From contig NC_068986.1 in NCBI RefSeq assembly GCF_001194135.2, positions 22,065,558 through 22,129,557 on the forward strand: DNA of 64,000 nt, given 5' to 3'. The stretch's first letter is position 1, and each line of letters opens with the position of its first letter. Positions 11,183 through 22,400 of the stretch are shown here, one piece after another. Source of the DNA: Octopus bimaculoides (Eukaryota). A model generated the notes under the pieces. That model was given only the letters and a program-made list of their open reading frames with translations. It made no database searches and was not told the DNA's origin. Both the position numbers and the translations under genes were made by a program.

Positions 11183-11706
11183 ACCTTTTGTTACCATATT
11201 TCTATTGAAATACAATGTATTGGGTTTCAAATATTGTAGAATTGAGTACAATAACTAATTACTAAGCTGGTATTTAGAACATTAATTAACTTGAAATTGT
11301 GACAATTGGTTTAAATTTAGATCATTTTAACCCCTTACCCGGCAAAGACAAGTTAATTTGTTTTCACCCAATTTGTCTTTTTCAGAATGCGATGAATAAA
11401 CTTGTCTAAAACATACAATTTCAAAGACAGCCACACACGAGTTTAAACGTCAATTCTCGGTATTTCTCGATTTTTATCTGTTTTTTTTTTGGTTTTTTTT
11501 TTTACAAATTCCGCCCAGATGTCGAGCTCAGAAGATGACAATGAGTATGAACCTTCTATTAGAAGCCTGGATACATCAGATGAGAGTGCAAGCTCATCTG
11601 AAATGAAATGTCTTCTCCCCAAAAAAAGTTGCTGAGGAAGGGGTTAAAATAGGAAGTTTGTAAGACAGGACCAGGGATGGTCTCAGGTGGATTGGTATCA
11701 AAAGGG
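11183..11706. mobile_element. TTAA-flanked piggyBac-type MITE interrupted by the 313-bp piggyBac element
   Basis: It runs TTAA-ACCTTTTGTTACC ... GGTATCAAAAGGG-TTAA (TTAA at 11179-11182 and 11707-11710). The body is similar to 59929-60250 and 9866-10287. Confidence 0.7.
11331..11643 (+). mobile_element. Internally deleted piggyBac element (313 bp) with TTAA TSD
   Basis: TTAA is present at 11327-11330 and 11644-11647. The imperfect 15-bp TIRs are CCCCTTACCCGGCAA and TTGCTGAGGAAGGGG. An internal ATG at 11519 opens MSSSEDDNEYEPSIRSLDTSDESASSSEMKCLLPKKSC*, an acidic Ser/Asp/Glu leader like piggyBac transposase N-termini. Confidence 0.75.
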
Positions 11707-12574
11707 TTAAGGACTTTTATGAAGTAGAATTTGGTAGAAGCAACTCCATTTCTAAGAATAATATATTAGTAAATTTTAGTTGTGAATATTTTATTTAACT
11801 CTGACGCTATGGCTTCAGTGTGTCTCCAATAAATTTTGTATGGATAAACTTTTCACTCTTTTGCAATATATTTATTTCATTTAAGAGAATTTTTCATATT
11901 ACATTCACTTTGGTTTTATATTTAAACAATGCTTTGATCTTGAAAAGGAAGGATTGTGTATATAACGAAGTTTATTACATTTAAAGTCGTTATTTGTCAA
12001 TTTGCTTTAAGTGTATGACCTTGTAGTTTTAACTTTGATGTACTTTAGATATTTGAACTGATAAAGAAAAGGTGTTCCGGATCTTCTTTTATAGCATGTT
12101 TATAGTTTATTCCTTTCATGTTATAGCCTTTTGATAAAAACAGCTCTTCATTTTGTAAGTCGCTATTTTCTTATGCTTAATTGTTTGTAACTTTGTTAAT
12201 GAATAACATAAAAAGAGGCCACAATGAAACAGCTATAGCATTTCACCTTTTACAGGTTAAGGTACTAAAAAGTAGCCCAATGGTTTATATTAGCCATGAA
12301 TGTTGAGTGCTTTCAAGCAATATATGATTAAAATGTGATTAGTTTCATTAGAAAGACAGGAAGGAAATGGTGGTACCATAAACTGAGAAGCCAGAATTGG
12401 TGCTATTATAAACTGAAGTGTCAGTGTTAAACCTTTCTTCAAGACAAGCTATTATTCAACACCTCTCCACAACCCTGAGGAGAGGGCTGAGTAATAGACA
12501 AAAGGGTAATGAAATGAAGGGAGCAAAGAACATAATAATCAGGAGAGACCCCACTTTAGCTATTATTCATCTCA

Positions 12575-12910
12575 ATCATTATCACCACTAGATCCATTTT
12601 TCCATGCTTACATGAGAAAGATAGGTCCTCTCCAGCACAGCATTTCACCACAAATCATAGTTCTTTGTCATCTCCTTCATGAAGTTTAGCTTCTTGAGGT
12701 TAATGTTCATTATTTTGTATCATGTCTTCCTTGGTACTTCTTTATACAACTGAAATCCTCCAGCAATTGACATTCTCCATAAGTACCTTATACTCACTCT
12801 ATCATAGTCTTCTTTCTTGCACACTACTTCCAATTCCTTACATATCTAATTTTTCTACCAACTCATTTGTGCTCCATCATTAATGTGTGTCATCATTATT
12901 TTATCTTCTC
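12575..12910 (-). mobile_element. RTE-clade LINE 3' remnant (heavily decayed)
   Basis: It is nucleotide-similar to the reverse complement of the 40.6 and 51.1 kb RTE fragments (cttgcacactacttccaattcc; cttccttgg). It ends in the shared tttccatgct tail. Confidence 0.5.
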
Positions 12911-13432
12911 TTTATATGATACGGCATGGGTTGAACAGTCCTAATCAGTTCTTATGTTGAGTTACTGCCCTCTTAGATGGATCAAAAACCATAATTAGTT
13001 CATATGCTCCACTCTCTGACATAGTTTCTGGATACCCTCCCTAAAGCCAATCATTTTATAGAGTATACTGAGCACATTTTAGCAGAGAAGTCTTTGGTAA
13101 GACTAAACAAATCTTCTTAGCCCTATGTATATGCACCAACCAATTTACTAGGTCTTTTGCTATAACCCAGGTTGATCAAAGCTTTGTGGGTGTGTTTGTG
13201 TCCTTGTTTTGACATTGCACAACAGTTGTAAATAACTACCGTTGCTATACAAGGAGTATCATTTGTTTTTAATCTTCTGTGTAAACATGCCCAGCCATGG
13301 GGAAATATTACCTAGCTTGGAAACAGGTGAGGGTCGGCAACAGGAAGGATACCTGATCATAAAAACCTGCTTCAGTGAACTCCATCTGTCTCAAGAAAGC
13401 ATGGAAAAGCATGGATGTTATGATGATGATGA

Positions 13433-13463
<31 letters not shown>

Positions 13464-15199
13464 NNNNNNNNNNNNNNNNNNNNNNNNNNNNNNNNNNNNN
13501 NNNNNNNNNNNNNNNNNNNNNNNNNNNNNNNNNNNNNNNNNNNNNNNNNNNNNNNNNNNNNNNNNNNNNNNNNNNNNNNNNNNNNNNNNNNNNNNNNNNN
13601 NNNNNNNNNNNNNNNNNNNNNNNNNNNNNNNNNNNNNNNNNNNNNNNNNNNNNNNNNNNNNNNNNNNNNNNNNNNNNNNNNNNNNNNNNNNNNNNNNNNN
13701 NNNNNNNNNNNNNNNNNNNNNNNNNNNNNNNNNNNNNNNNNNNNNNNNNNNNNNNNNNNNNNNNNNNNNNNNNNNNCTAATGAAACAATTTTATACAAAG
13801 TTTATTTTAGATTGAATAACATGTAAAAAAAAAGTGGGGGGGTGCAATGCAGGTATAAGAAAAGAAATTAAATAAAATTAATAATTCCTAGTTTTATTTG
13901 CTTTTTGTGAAATACATTTTCTAGCAAGATAGTTAATCATTAAATTTTGTGTGGTTGAAAAATGCAACATTTTTGGTATAAAATGCAGCTTAGCTTAATA
14001 AAAATTTGGATTAATAAGTTTTGAAGACTCAGGCTTTCAAAATAATAATATTCTATTATACTTATTTTCTATAGCATACTTTCTTCTCACTAGTGTACAT
14101 AAGCATGTATGTATGTGTGAGTGTGTGAAATATTTGCTTTAGGTCAGCTTTTATTGCTTTGTAAAATTTTATTGTGGCGTCAGCATTAAAGAGGTTATCT
14201 TGTCCTTGGCAAAACTAAAGGGTCATCTCTCTTTTGTACTGCCTCTGCAGTTGCCTCATTCTTGACATGGTTAAAGACTAAAGCAAGCTATTACTCTGCA
14301 CTTTAGTATACAAATTAGGAGAAAGAGGGACTGGCAGAAGAAAGACAGAGTAATAGTAGTGGGAGGATTAATAGAAGGGAGAATAATGGAAAAATCCTGA
14401 AACAAGGGAATAGAGGTGAACTAGGGTGCTAAAAATGGGAGCATGATGAAAGAAATGTAATGGAAGAGAGAGAGAGGTGGAGGAAGTAGACAGCTACATG
14501 ACAGGTGTTGGTAAGAAAATTGCATAGAAACTTAACCAAGAGGCAGCTACATGAGAGCTGCTGGTAAGGAGGTTGAATACAAATGATATGGCTGATATGG
14601 TGATATATAGAAAATCTAATTTTCCTGCTGAACTACATAGAAATTGCATGAACAAGAGAGTGATACCATAAAGAAACAACTAACTTTAATAATATTGCTG
14701 TTTAATGCAGTCTTACCACAGTTATGAAGAATAGATGAAATAAAATCTTTCCTAAGAAAATTGAAATATAGCTATTTCTGCAAACACTTTATGTATTATA
14801 TCAAGAAAACATTTAGGATACACAAAACTTTCTTTTTTTTATCCTTGAACTGAAAAAAAAATACACCTCAGAGAACATGTCCTGCACAAAATTTTAAACA
14901 GAATATTTTTTAGATATATCTGATCAATCTGTCTACACATATAGCCTTCATTACATGAAGGCTAACAGACTGAAACTTTGAAGTCACTGTTAACACTCCT
15001 GTAAAATTATAATATATGGATGCATGTATGTTCTCTTCTGTTTTTAATTATTTAAACTAGAAAATCTACAATGGGGGCACAGAATGGGGGAATGAAGTCA
15101 TAACAGCAGTATGTATTGAGAAATCTGTAAATGGACTTGATAGATTACTGGGTGATGTCTTAGAGAAATCACATTATTGTTGGTGATAGAGCATTCTAT

Positions 15200-16162
15200 T
15201 GCAGCTATATGACGTGTTTGCGACTAAGTGACATGTGATGACGATTCACTCCCGAACTGAAATAGGCTCCCAGCCTCTGTATCATGAATGGTTATGTGGA
15301 CCACTCCTAATGAAAGCTAAAGCTTTCTTCGACCACTACATAAAAACTATAAAGAAAATAATGTTATTTAGATATACTTTTATTTTAGTTGTTTACACTA
15401 TTTTACACATTCGAAGTTCACAAATTTCCTTATTTAAACTATGATAGCAAAACTTCTTTGCAGACAATAGTTTCTGTTTGGTCGACACTAATTTTCAAAT
15501 TACTGGAGTCTGTTGCTCTACTCATGGCGATGTATAACTGGCCGTGTGTAAACATCGGATTATGTAAAAATACACCTACACGATCTAAAGTCTGGTCCTG
15601 TGCCTTGTTTGTTGTAAATGTGCAAGCGGAATCTTTAGGAATCTGCCCATCTATGATGGGAAACAAAGGGATAGTATTGCAAATCCAAACCTTCTAAATT
15701 TATGACTTATACGGGGGCAAAACCCAGAGTTAATCCACGTTGTCGGAATTTTAACGAAAAAAAAAAAAAAATCAAAGGTAATTTATTAGTACAAAAGTCA
15801 GTACCAGTAACTGTTTATACACCAATAAAAGATTAGCCAAAGCTATCACAATCATTCCTTAATAAAGCTATCTTAAACTAAAACTTTCATACCTGGCATC
15901 ATAATTCAGTTGAGAAGTAACTCGACTTACTTCCCTTTTACTTGTTTTATGACTAATTTTTATTTACTTTTTTACACCCATTAACTGAACAGTTACCCTC
16001 AATATCCACTAGACAATCATACTTTCTCACATTTTTTTTCACTAAAAACCTGCCTGATTACCTCCTTCATAATCTGGAAAAACATTGTGACCATTGGTCC
16101 AGCCGTTTGACTGTGAAGAGGGAACAGACAAACAGACGGATATAACACCCATTATAGTAAGA
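15200..16162 (-). mobile_element. Internally deleted (non-autonomous) Helitron retaining the C-terminus of the PIF1-like helicase
   Basis: The minus-strand ORF 15439-15666 reads ...TTNKAQDQTLDRVGVFLHNPMFTHGQLYIAMSRAT...KEVLLS*. This matches the Helitron RepHel C-terminal consensus TINKSQGQTL..VG+YL..PVFSHGQLYVA+SR...EVL. The 5' end on the minus strand is A|TCTTACTATAAT at 16162, followed by GTCTGTTTGTCTG, typical of Helitron 5' termini. The 3' CTRR/hairpin end was not located, so the left boundary is approximate. Confidence 0.85.
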
Positions 16163-17014
16163 TTTTTCCTCTGAAGAAGGAGCTGGTTTCTAACAAAAAT
16201 ACAAAGCTCCAGCATTGGAATGTAAATAGCAAAAACAACAATGTCACATTTCAAACTTAAGAAAAATCTTGAATATTTTTTACTGCTTTACTTGCAGATT
16301 GCATTTGTAATGTGTAAGTTAGTTGGCTGATTTCTTTTTCTGAAAATCCAAGCTTATCCAAACTGTCAGTCAGGCATTTACTCACAAAACCAAGTACACC
16401 AATTATGTATGTATGTATACACACACACACACAGTAAGTACTCTGCGCTTACAGGCTGAATAAGTATTTGAAACATACTAGACACTGTTAAATACTTTTT
16501 ATCTGTTACCAGTTTTACAAGTGAACATCAAAGCACAAAGGTTAAAATGCTGAACCACAACCACTTAACTACTGGTTAAGTGGTCACGTGTTCGGATTAT
16601 ACAACTGTCTGGGTTCTGCTCCTGTACAAGGTACCTGTCTGGAGCACCAGCACCACTCCTGCTTTACACTTGAGTGACAGAAAGTAGGAAAGTCATCCAA
16701 CTGTAGAAACCATTGTTTTGGCACAGAAAAATGGATGTAAAACAGTGAAGTACAAAAAAAAAAAACAATAACAAACAAACAAAAACAACCAAAACAGACC
16801 TCAGAAACTGTGCCAATATCTAACATAAGCACTGATGCATAACCACTTTGGATAGCACATGAAATTAGTTTTCCTTTACTTAATGACTGGATTTGTCTAG
16901 AATATGAATAGCACTGCTGCAATTCTACATTCCTCCATTAACCATGTGGCTGGTTTCTCAATTATTTCCCCCAAGATCTTGCTGCCACTATTTTTACATG
17001 GTTCATACTTTAGC

Positions 17015-17397
17015 GTGGAAGCGCAATGGCCCAGTGGTTAGGGCAGTGGACTCGCGGTCATAGGATCGCGGTTTCGATTCCCAGACTGGGCGTTGTGAGT
17101 GTTTATTGAGCGAAAACCCCTAAAAGCTCCACGAGGCTCCGGCAGGGGATGGTGGCGAACCCTGCTGTACTCTTCCACCACAACTTTCTCTCACTCTTAC
17201 TTCCTGTTTTTGTTGTGCCTGTAATTCAAAGGGTCAGCCTTGTCACACTCTGTGTCACGCTGAATATCCCCGAGGACTATGTTAAGGGGACACGTGTCTG
17301 TGGAGTGCTCAGCCACTTGCACGTTAATCTTACGAGCAGGCTGTTCCGTTGATCGGATCAACTGGAACCCTCGACGTCGTAAGCGACGGAGTGCCAA
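17015..17397 (+). mobile_element. Young full-length tRNA-derived SINE with 11-bp TSD
   Basis: It has an A box (TGGCCCAGTGG) and a B box (GGTTTCGATTCC), and CpGs are retained. The perfect TSD CATACTTTAGC is at 17004-17014 and 17398-17408. Confidence 0.9.
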
Positions 17398-17565
17398 CAT
17401 ACTTTAGCACACAGTGTGTTCTTAATTTGTTGGTCAGGCTCATGAGCTAACTAAACAGGTGATTGTGCCCAAGCAAATATCTTAATGACAGAGGTATGTC
17501 TGGACATCCATACCTATCTATTCGTTCATGTGTGTGTGCGTGTGTGTCTGTGTGTGTCTGTGTGT

Positions 17566-17609
<44 letters not shown>

Positions 17610-17915
17610 ACGCGCGCGCACATACTTTATTGAAATTAGTTAAACCACAAATGAAATTCTGGTATATATTTGTAACAACAAAATATGATACAATGTAATT
17701 AGTTGAGATATGTTTCAGGGTTACTATACCATTGATTTGTGTTTCAGTAGGTCATATAGACCTGCTGAAACACCAATCAGTGCTAATGGATTGAATAAAA
17801 CTATTTAGCAAAATCTCATTGATAATTAGTATTTGCATTTGGAGCAATCAGACTGTATAGAAAAGTGCTACAAGTTTAATAGCATTTGTATTAATGGATG
17901 AGTAATTTATGATAG

Positions 17916-17954
<39 letters not shown>

Positions 17955-18035
17955 ACGTGTATATGTGTGTATAAAAGGTTATCAATATAAGAAAGATTTA
18001 AGAGTATTTGAGATAGTTTAATATTTGATATTTAA

Positions 18036-18250
18036 AAGGCTGCAAGCTGGCAGAAACATTCGCACCCGGATGAAATGCTTAGCAGTATTTCGTCTGTCTT
18101 TACATTCTGAGTTCAAATTCCACTGGGGTTTGCCTGTCATCCTTTCGGGGTCAATAAATTAAGTACCAGTTGCGTACTGGGGTCAATCTAATCGACTGCC
18201 ACCCCACCTCCCTAAAAATTTCATGCCTTGTGCCTAGAGTAGAAAAGAAT
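18036..18250 (+). mobile_element. tRNA-derived SINE family C with a Deu/Nin-like central motif
   Basis: It has the head ggctgcaagctggcagaa, the B box gagttcaaattc and the core tcatcctttcggggtcaataaattaagtaccag. The core recalls the Deu/Nin SINE domain (from memory, unverified). A 13-bp near-TSD ATAT(T/C)TGATATTT lies at 18021-18033 and 18249-18261. Other copies are at 58623-58840, 42730-42855, 60550-60680, 38230-38430, 37400-37571 plus 38075-38210, and 19700-20290 (several). Confidence 0.85.
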
Positions 18251-18299
18251 ATCTGATATTTCAGAGAAAAATATATTTTAATATATTTACATTGAACTC

Positions 18300-18958
18300 A
18301 CTACGACAATGTCATCTTTTTGCCTTTTAAAAAAATTTATTTTTAATTGGTGGTCTTTTTGGGGATATAATCTAAGATGATCATATGCATAACAACAACA
18401 AGGTCTCAGTTCTGAGTACAGTATTCCATCATAGATTTTACTTGAACATGAAGACGATTTAGTAATCGTTGGGAGATGAAATATTTCCTGGCCCTGAAGA
18501 GGAGAACCATTTTTGGGGATCCAGGTTTGGGTATGTTGTGTGTATAAAACCACTGGAAGAGAGATCATTGGTGATGGTCAAGTATAGCACTTAAAATTTA
18601 ATTATTTAATTGTTTCTTTGATATGTATAGAAATTATCTTTAGATAAAGAAGATGAGAACAGCATGAACTTTATTAGGAAATTTATCTGAGATGCCTGTT
18701 CATAGGGGAAGTGCAGACTTAATGTGGATGACACTTGTAAGCAGAAAATTAGGGAGGAGTTAAGGGTAGCATCATACGTACAGGGGTGGGCATTGCAGAA
18801 TGACACAGCATGTAGACTGTTGATGCACAGAATGGAGAATGTGAGGGACAAAAGCCAAATCGCTGGTGCATTCTATATTTGATTTTAATAAATCAAACTT
18901 TTGAGATTTGTCTTCCCTGCCTGTGTGTTTTTTCTTTCTTTGGCAAGAATTAATCATT
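18300..18958 (-). mobile_element. Probable very old LINE ORF2 relic (AP-endonuclease C-terminal region)
   Basis: Frame-switching translation gives LLPNFLLTSVIHIKSALPL*TGISD.. and IILDYIPKK, weakly resembling the APE motifs LDLFLT...PLG.SDH and M..YIP.K. No frame stays open across the region. Confidence 0.3.
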
Positions 18959-19130
18959 CTGAAAATGATCTGTTCTCATCACTAACAGTACAACTTTAAT
19001 TAATTAAAATTTCTTTGTTGATTATATTTAGTATTTTAGTACCCACTCTACTATGAAGTTTTTGAGTAGGAAGCATCCCTGGGTGTTTTCTTCACCCTAC
19101 TCTCTTTCTCCATACACACACACATGCATG

Positions 19131-19195
<65 letters not shown>

Positions 19196-19415
19196 TGTTG
19201 CCATCCGGTTTCACCAGTCCTCAGTCAAATCGTCCAACCCATGCTAGCATGGAAAGCGGACGTTAAACGATGATGACGATGATGATNNNNNNNNNNNNNN
19301 NNNNNNNNNNNNNNNNNNNNNNNNNNNNNNNNNNNNNNNNNNNNNNNNNNNNNNNNNNNNNNNNNNNNNNNNNNNNNNNNNNNNNNNNNNNNNNNNNNNN
19401 NNNNNNNNNNNNNNN

Positions 19416-19454
<39 letters not shown>

Positions 19455-22400
19455 CTTAAGAGCTGAGAAGAATCAGCTGCTGATTGAAACCTGAGACAAT
19501 TATCCTAAGTATACTACTATTACTGTGTCACATGAATGGGTGTGTGTATATATACAATAACAACTAGTTTCTCAATTCCCAACAACATGCAATTATTTAA
19601 CTTCTCTGACATGGAACTGGTAAGTAATTGATATATTTATACAAAACAAGAAAAACAACAGTCAGTTCTAATATACACACAAGGTCAGAATTGGCAGGAG
19701 GGGGGGGGTATATTGACTTTACTACTTCACTGATGCTTTATTTCATTGACTCCAGAAGGATGAAGGGGTAAAGTTGATCTCAGCTAGATTTGAAATCAAG
19801 GATGCAATAGAACTGTTACAAACACTGCTAGGCATTTTCTGTGATCTTCTGAAGTTTCTACCAATTCATAAATAATAATAGTATCTAACATAAACACAAA
19901 GCTAGTAATTTGGGTGGGGTTGGGGGAACAGTAAATTAATGCAACCCTGCTGCTGCATGACTGGTAATTTATTTATAAATCCCAGAAGGATGAAAGGCAA
20001 AGTTGATTTTGGCAGTGTTTGGAATCAGAAGGCAAAAATGCTGGAACATATACTGCGAAGCATTTTGTCCAACTCGCCAATGCTTCAGCCAAATGCCCTC
20101 CTCTTCTTCTTCTACTACTACTACTACTACTATAAATCAACTCCATTACTTGACTGGTACTTATGTTTTATCCAACCTGAAAGGATGAAAAGCAAAGTTG
20201 ACCTCAGCAGGATTTGAACTTAGAACATAAAGAGCCAGAAGAAATACCTCTAAGTATTTTGTATATGCTAACAATTCTGCCATCTCACTGCTTTAATAAA
20301 AATAATTGTTGACATAAGACAATGTATATAACAGACTGATGGCTTAATTAAAATTTGAATATACAAATAAACAATTTACATTTTTCATCGAAATAAGCAA
20401 ACCCTTCTTCTAGTGTTTGCTAACTGAACAAAACCATGCTGCAAAAATCAGAAAAATAGAGGGCTAGAATGCACAAGATAAACTAGAAAAAAATAACAGT
20501 AGAATTTGAGAACAAATGAGAAATGTAACATACAAACCAGTTCACTGACGATACTAGTTGGTTAATCTGGCTTTATTTAATCATTAATATAGACAGTCAA
20601 ATCTGAGAATAGTGCATAGCTTGGAAAAAATTTCAAAAATCTGAACTTTGATACAACACTACAACGTCTAACATCAAGAATCAGGAAGTAGCTTAAGTTT
20701 ATTGGTTTTATTGAGTATGACCTATCAATTTTTAATGAAGTACTTTTAGGAAATTTAACCAATAAAAAAAAAAGGATTAAAATAATTTTGAAAATAATCA
20801 AAAATTTGGAAAGGTTTAGTAATTTTTACTATTATTAATTTTATGTCTCTAATATAACTTCATAAACACTTCTTACATAAAATCATGACAGATAGTTTTG
20901 ACTGAAATATGAACACTAANNNNNNNNNNNNNNNNNNNNNNNNNNNNNNNNNNNNNNNNNNNNNNNNNNNNNNNNNNNNNNNNNNNNNNNNNNNNNNNNN
21001 NNNNNNNNNNNNNNNNNNNNNNNNNNNNNNNNNNNNNNNNNNNNNNNNNNNNNNNNNNNNNNNNNNNNNNNNNNNNNNNNNNNNNNNNNNNNNNNNNNNN
21101 NNNNNNNNNNNNNNNNNNNNNNNNNNNNNNNNNNNNNNNNNNNNNNNNNNNNNNNNNNNNNNNNNNNNNNNNNNNNNNNNNNNNNNNNNNNNNNNNNNNN
21201 NNNNNNNNNNNNNNNNNNNNNNNNNNNNNNNNNNNNNNNNNNNNNNNNNNNNNNNNNNNNNNNNNNNNNNNNNNNNNNNNNNNNNNNNNNNNNNNNNNNN
21301 NNNNNNNNNNNNNNNNNNNATATATATGTATATATATGTATAACTATGTGTGTATGTTTGTGTGTCTGTGTTTGCCCCCCCCCCCAACATCGCTTGACAA
21401 CCGATGCTGGTGTGTTTATATCCCCGTAACTTAGCGGTTCGGCAAAAGAGATCGATAGAATAAGTACTAGGCTTACAAAGAATAAGTCCTGGGGTCGATT
21501 TGCTCGACTAAAGGCGGTGCTCCAGCATGGCCACAGTCAAATGACTGAAACAAGTAAAAGAGTAAAGAGTAAAAGAGTGTATTATTTTCAAAATTAATTA
21601 AAACAAAGACAATGTATTTCAACAGAGATATGGCGAAAAAAAAAAAGGATTAAAATAATTTTGAAAATAATCAAAAATTTGGAAAGGTTTAGTAATTTTT
21701 ACTATTATTAATTTTATGTCTCTAATATAACTTCATAAACACTTCTTACATAAAATCATGACAGATAGTTTTGACTGAAATATGAACACTAAAATCAAAA
21801 CAAGATTTTGTATCACATCATCAGGTTGGTGTCAAAAGTGTTAATTACCATAAATACTTCATTAAAGCAGTCATTACAAGATACAGAATTAGAGTGAGAA
21901 CATTTTTTTCAAATCTAAGATTTCTCAAACCACCTAGTATTCTGAATTACCATTTAATATGAAGAAAAGTGTTCCATGTGAACACTTTGCAATAGCAGAA
22001 ACCAAGAGTCAAAGACAAACATTCTCAAAACCTCAGCACCAATTTAGAATAAGTATTTTGTCAGGGACAAGATGGAAATATTAACATTAACATTCCTTTG
22101 AACAAAAACACTGAAGTTGATGGTATAAGAAATATTTAACAGCTATAAATAAAAATTTTGTTGATTTTTTTTAATGATTCCCTCACAAGTACTATCTCAA
22201 ACCAATGTATTTAATCAGTCGGCAAATATCCGCACACATCAGCAAATAATTTGTTTGTTGAATTTATATAGAGCTACAAACTATAGTCAGATTCATCAGT
22301 CTGGGTTAGCTTTGGCTGATGAGGTACAATGATGTTGAAACAATGGGAGTCCCAATGTCCCCTTACACAAATGAACTGAGTGTGTTATGAAACACATTGA

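Noticed and set aside
11780-12190. Possible Penelope GIY-YIG relic on the minus strand (IYC...FIGDT)
   Set aside because: It is too degraded to support. The motif needs frameshifts to assemble.
17015-17095. tRNA-like sequences with A and B boxes (also at 54330-54400, 50230-50302 and 58623-58700)
   Set aside because: They continue into SINE bodies with tails and TSDs and lack a complete cloverleaf, so they are SINE heads, not tRNA genes.
18302-18958. Apparent minus-strand exons (acceptors at 18959 and 18553, donor gtgagt at 18301)
   Set aside because: The phases do not join into a coherent protein, all frames contain stops, and the region is better explained as a decayed LINE ORF2.
20764-21792. 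Identical ~157-bp repeat at 20764-20919 and 21636-21792 across an N-gap
   Set aside because: It has the same gap-flanking, zero-divergence pattern. It is probably a scaffolding or haplotype artefact (allele with or without a MITE/SINE insertion).
22310-22356. CTGATGA...GAAAC...GTC with 4-bp stem I (TTGG/CCAA)
   Set aside because: Stem II would be almost entirely G-U wobbles, stem III is not palindromic and there is no Penelope context. It is likely chance.
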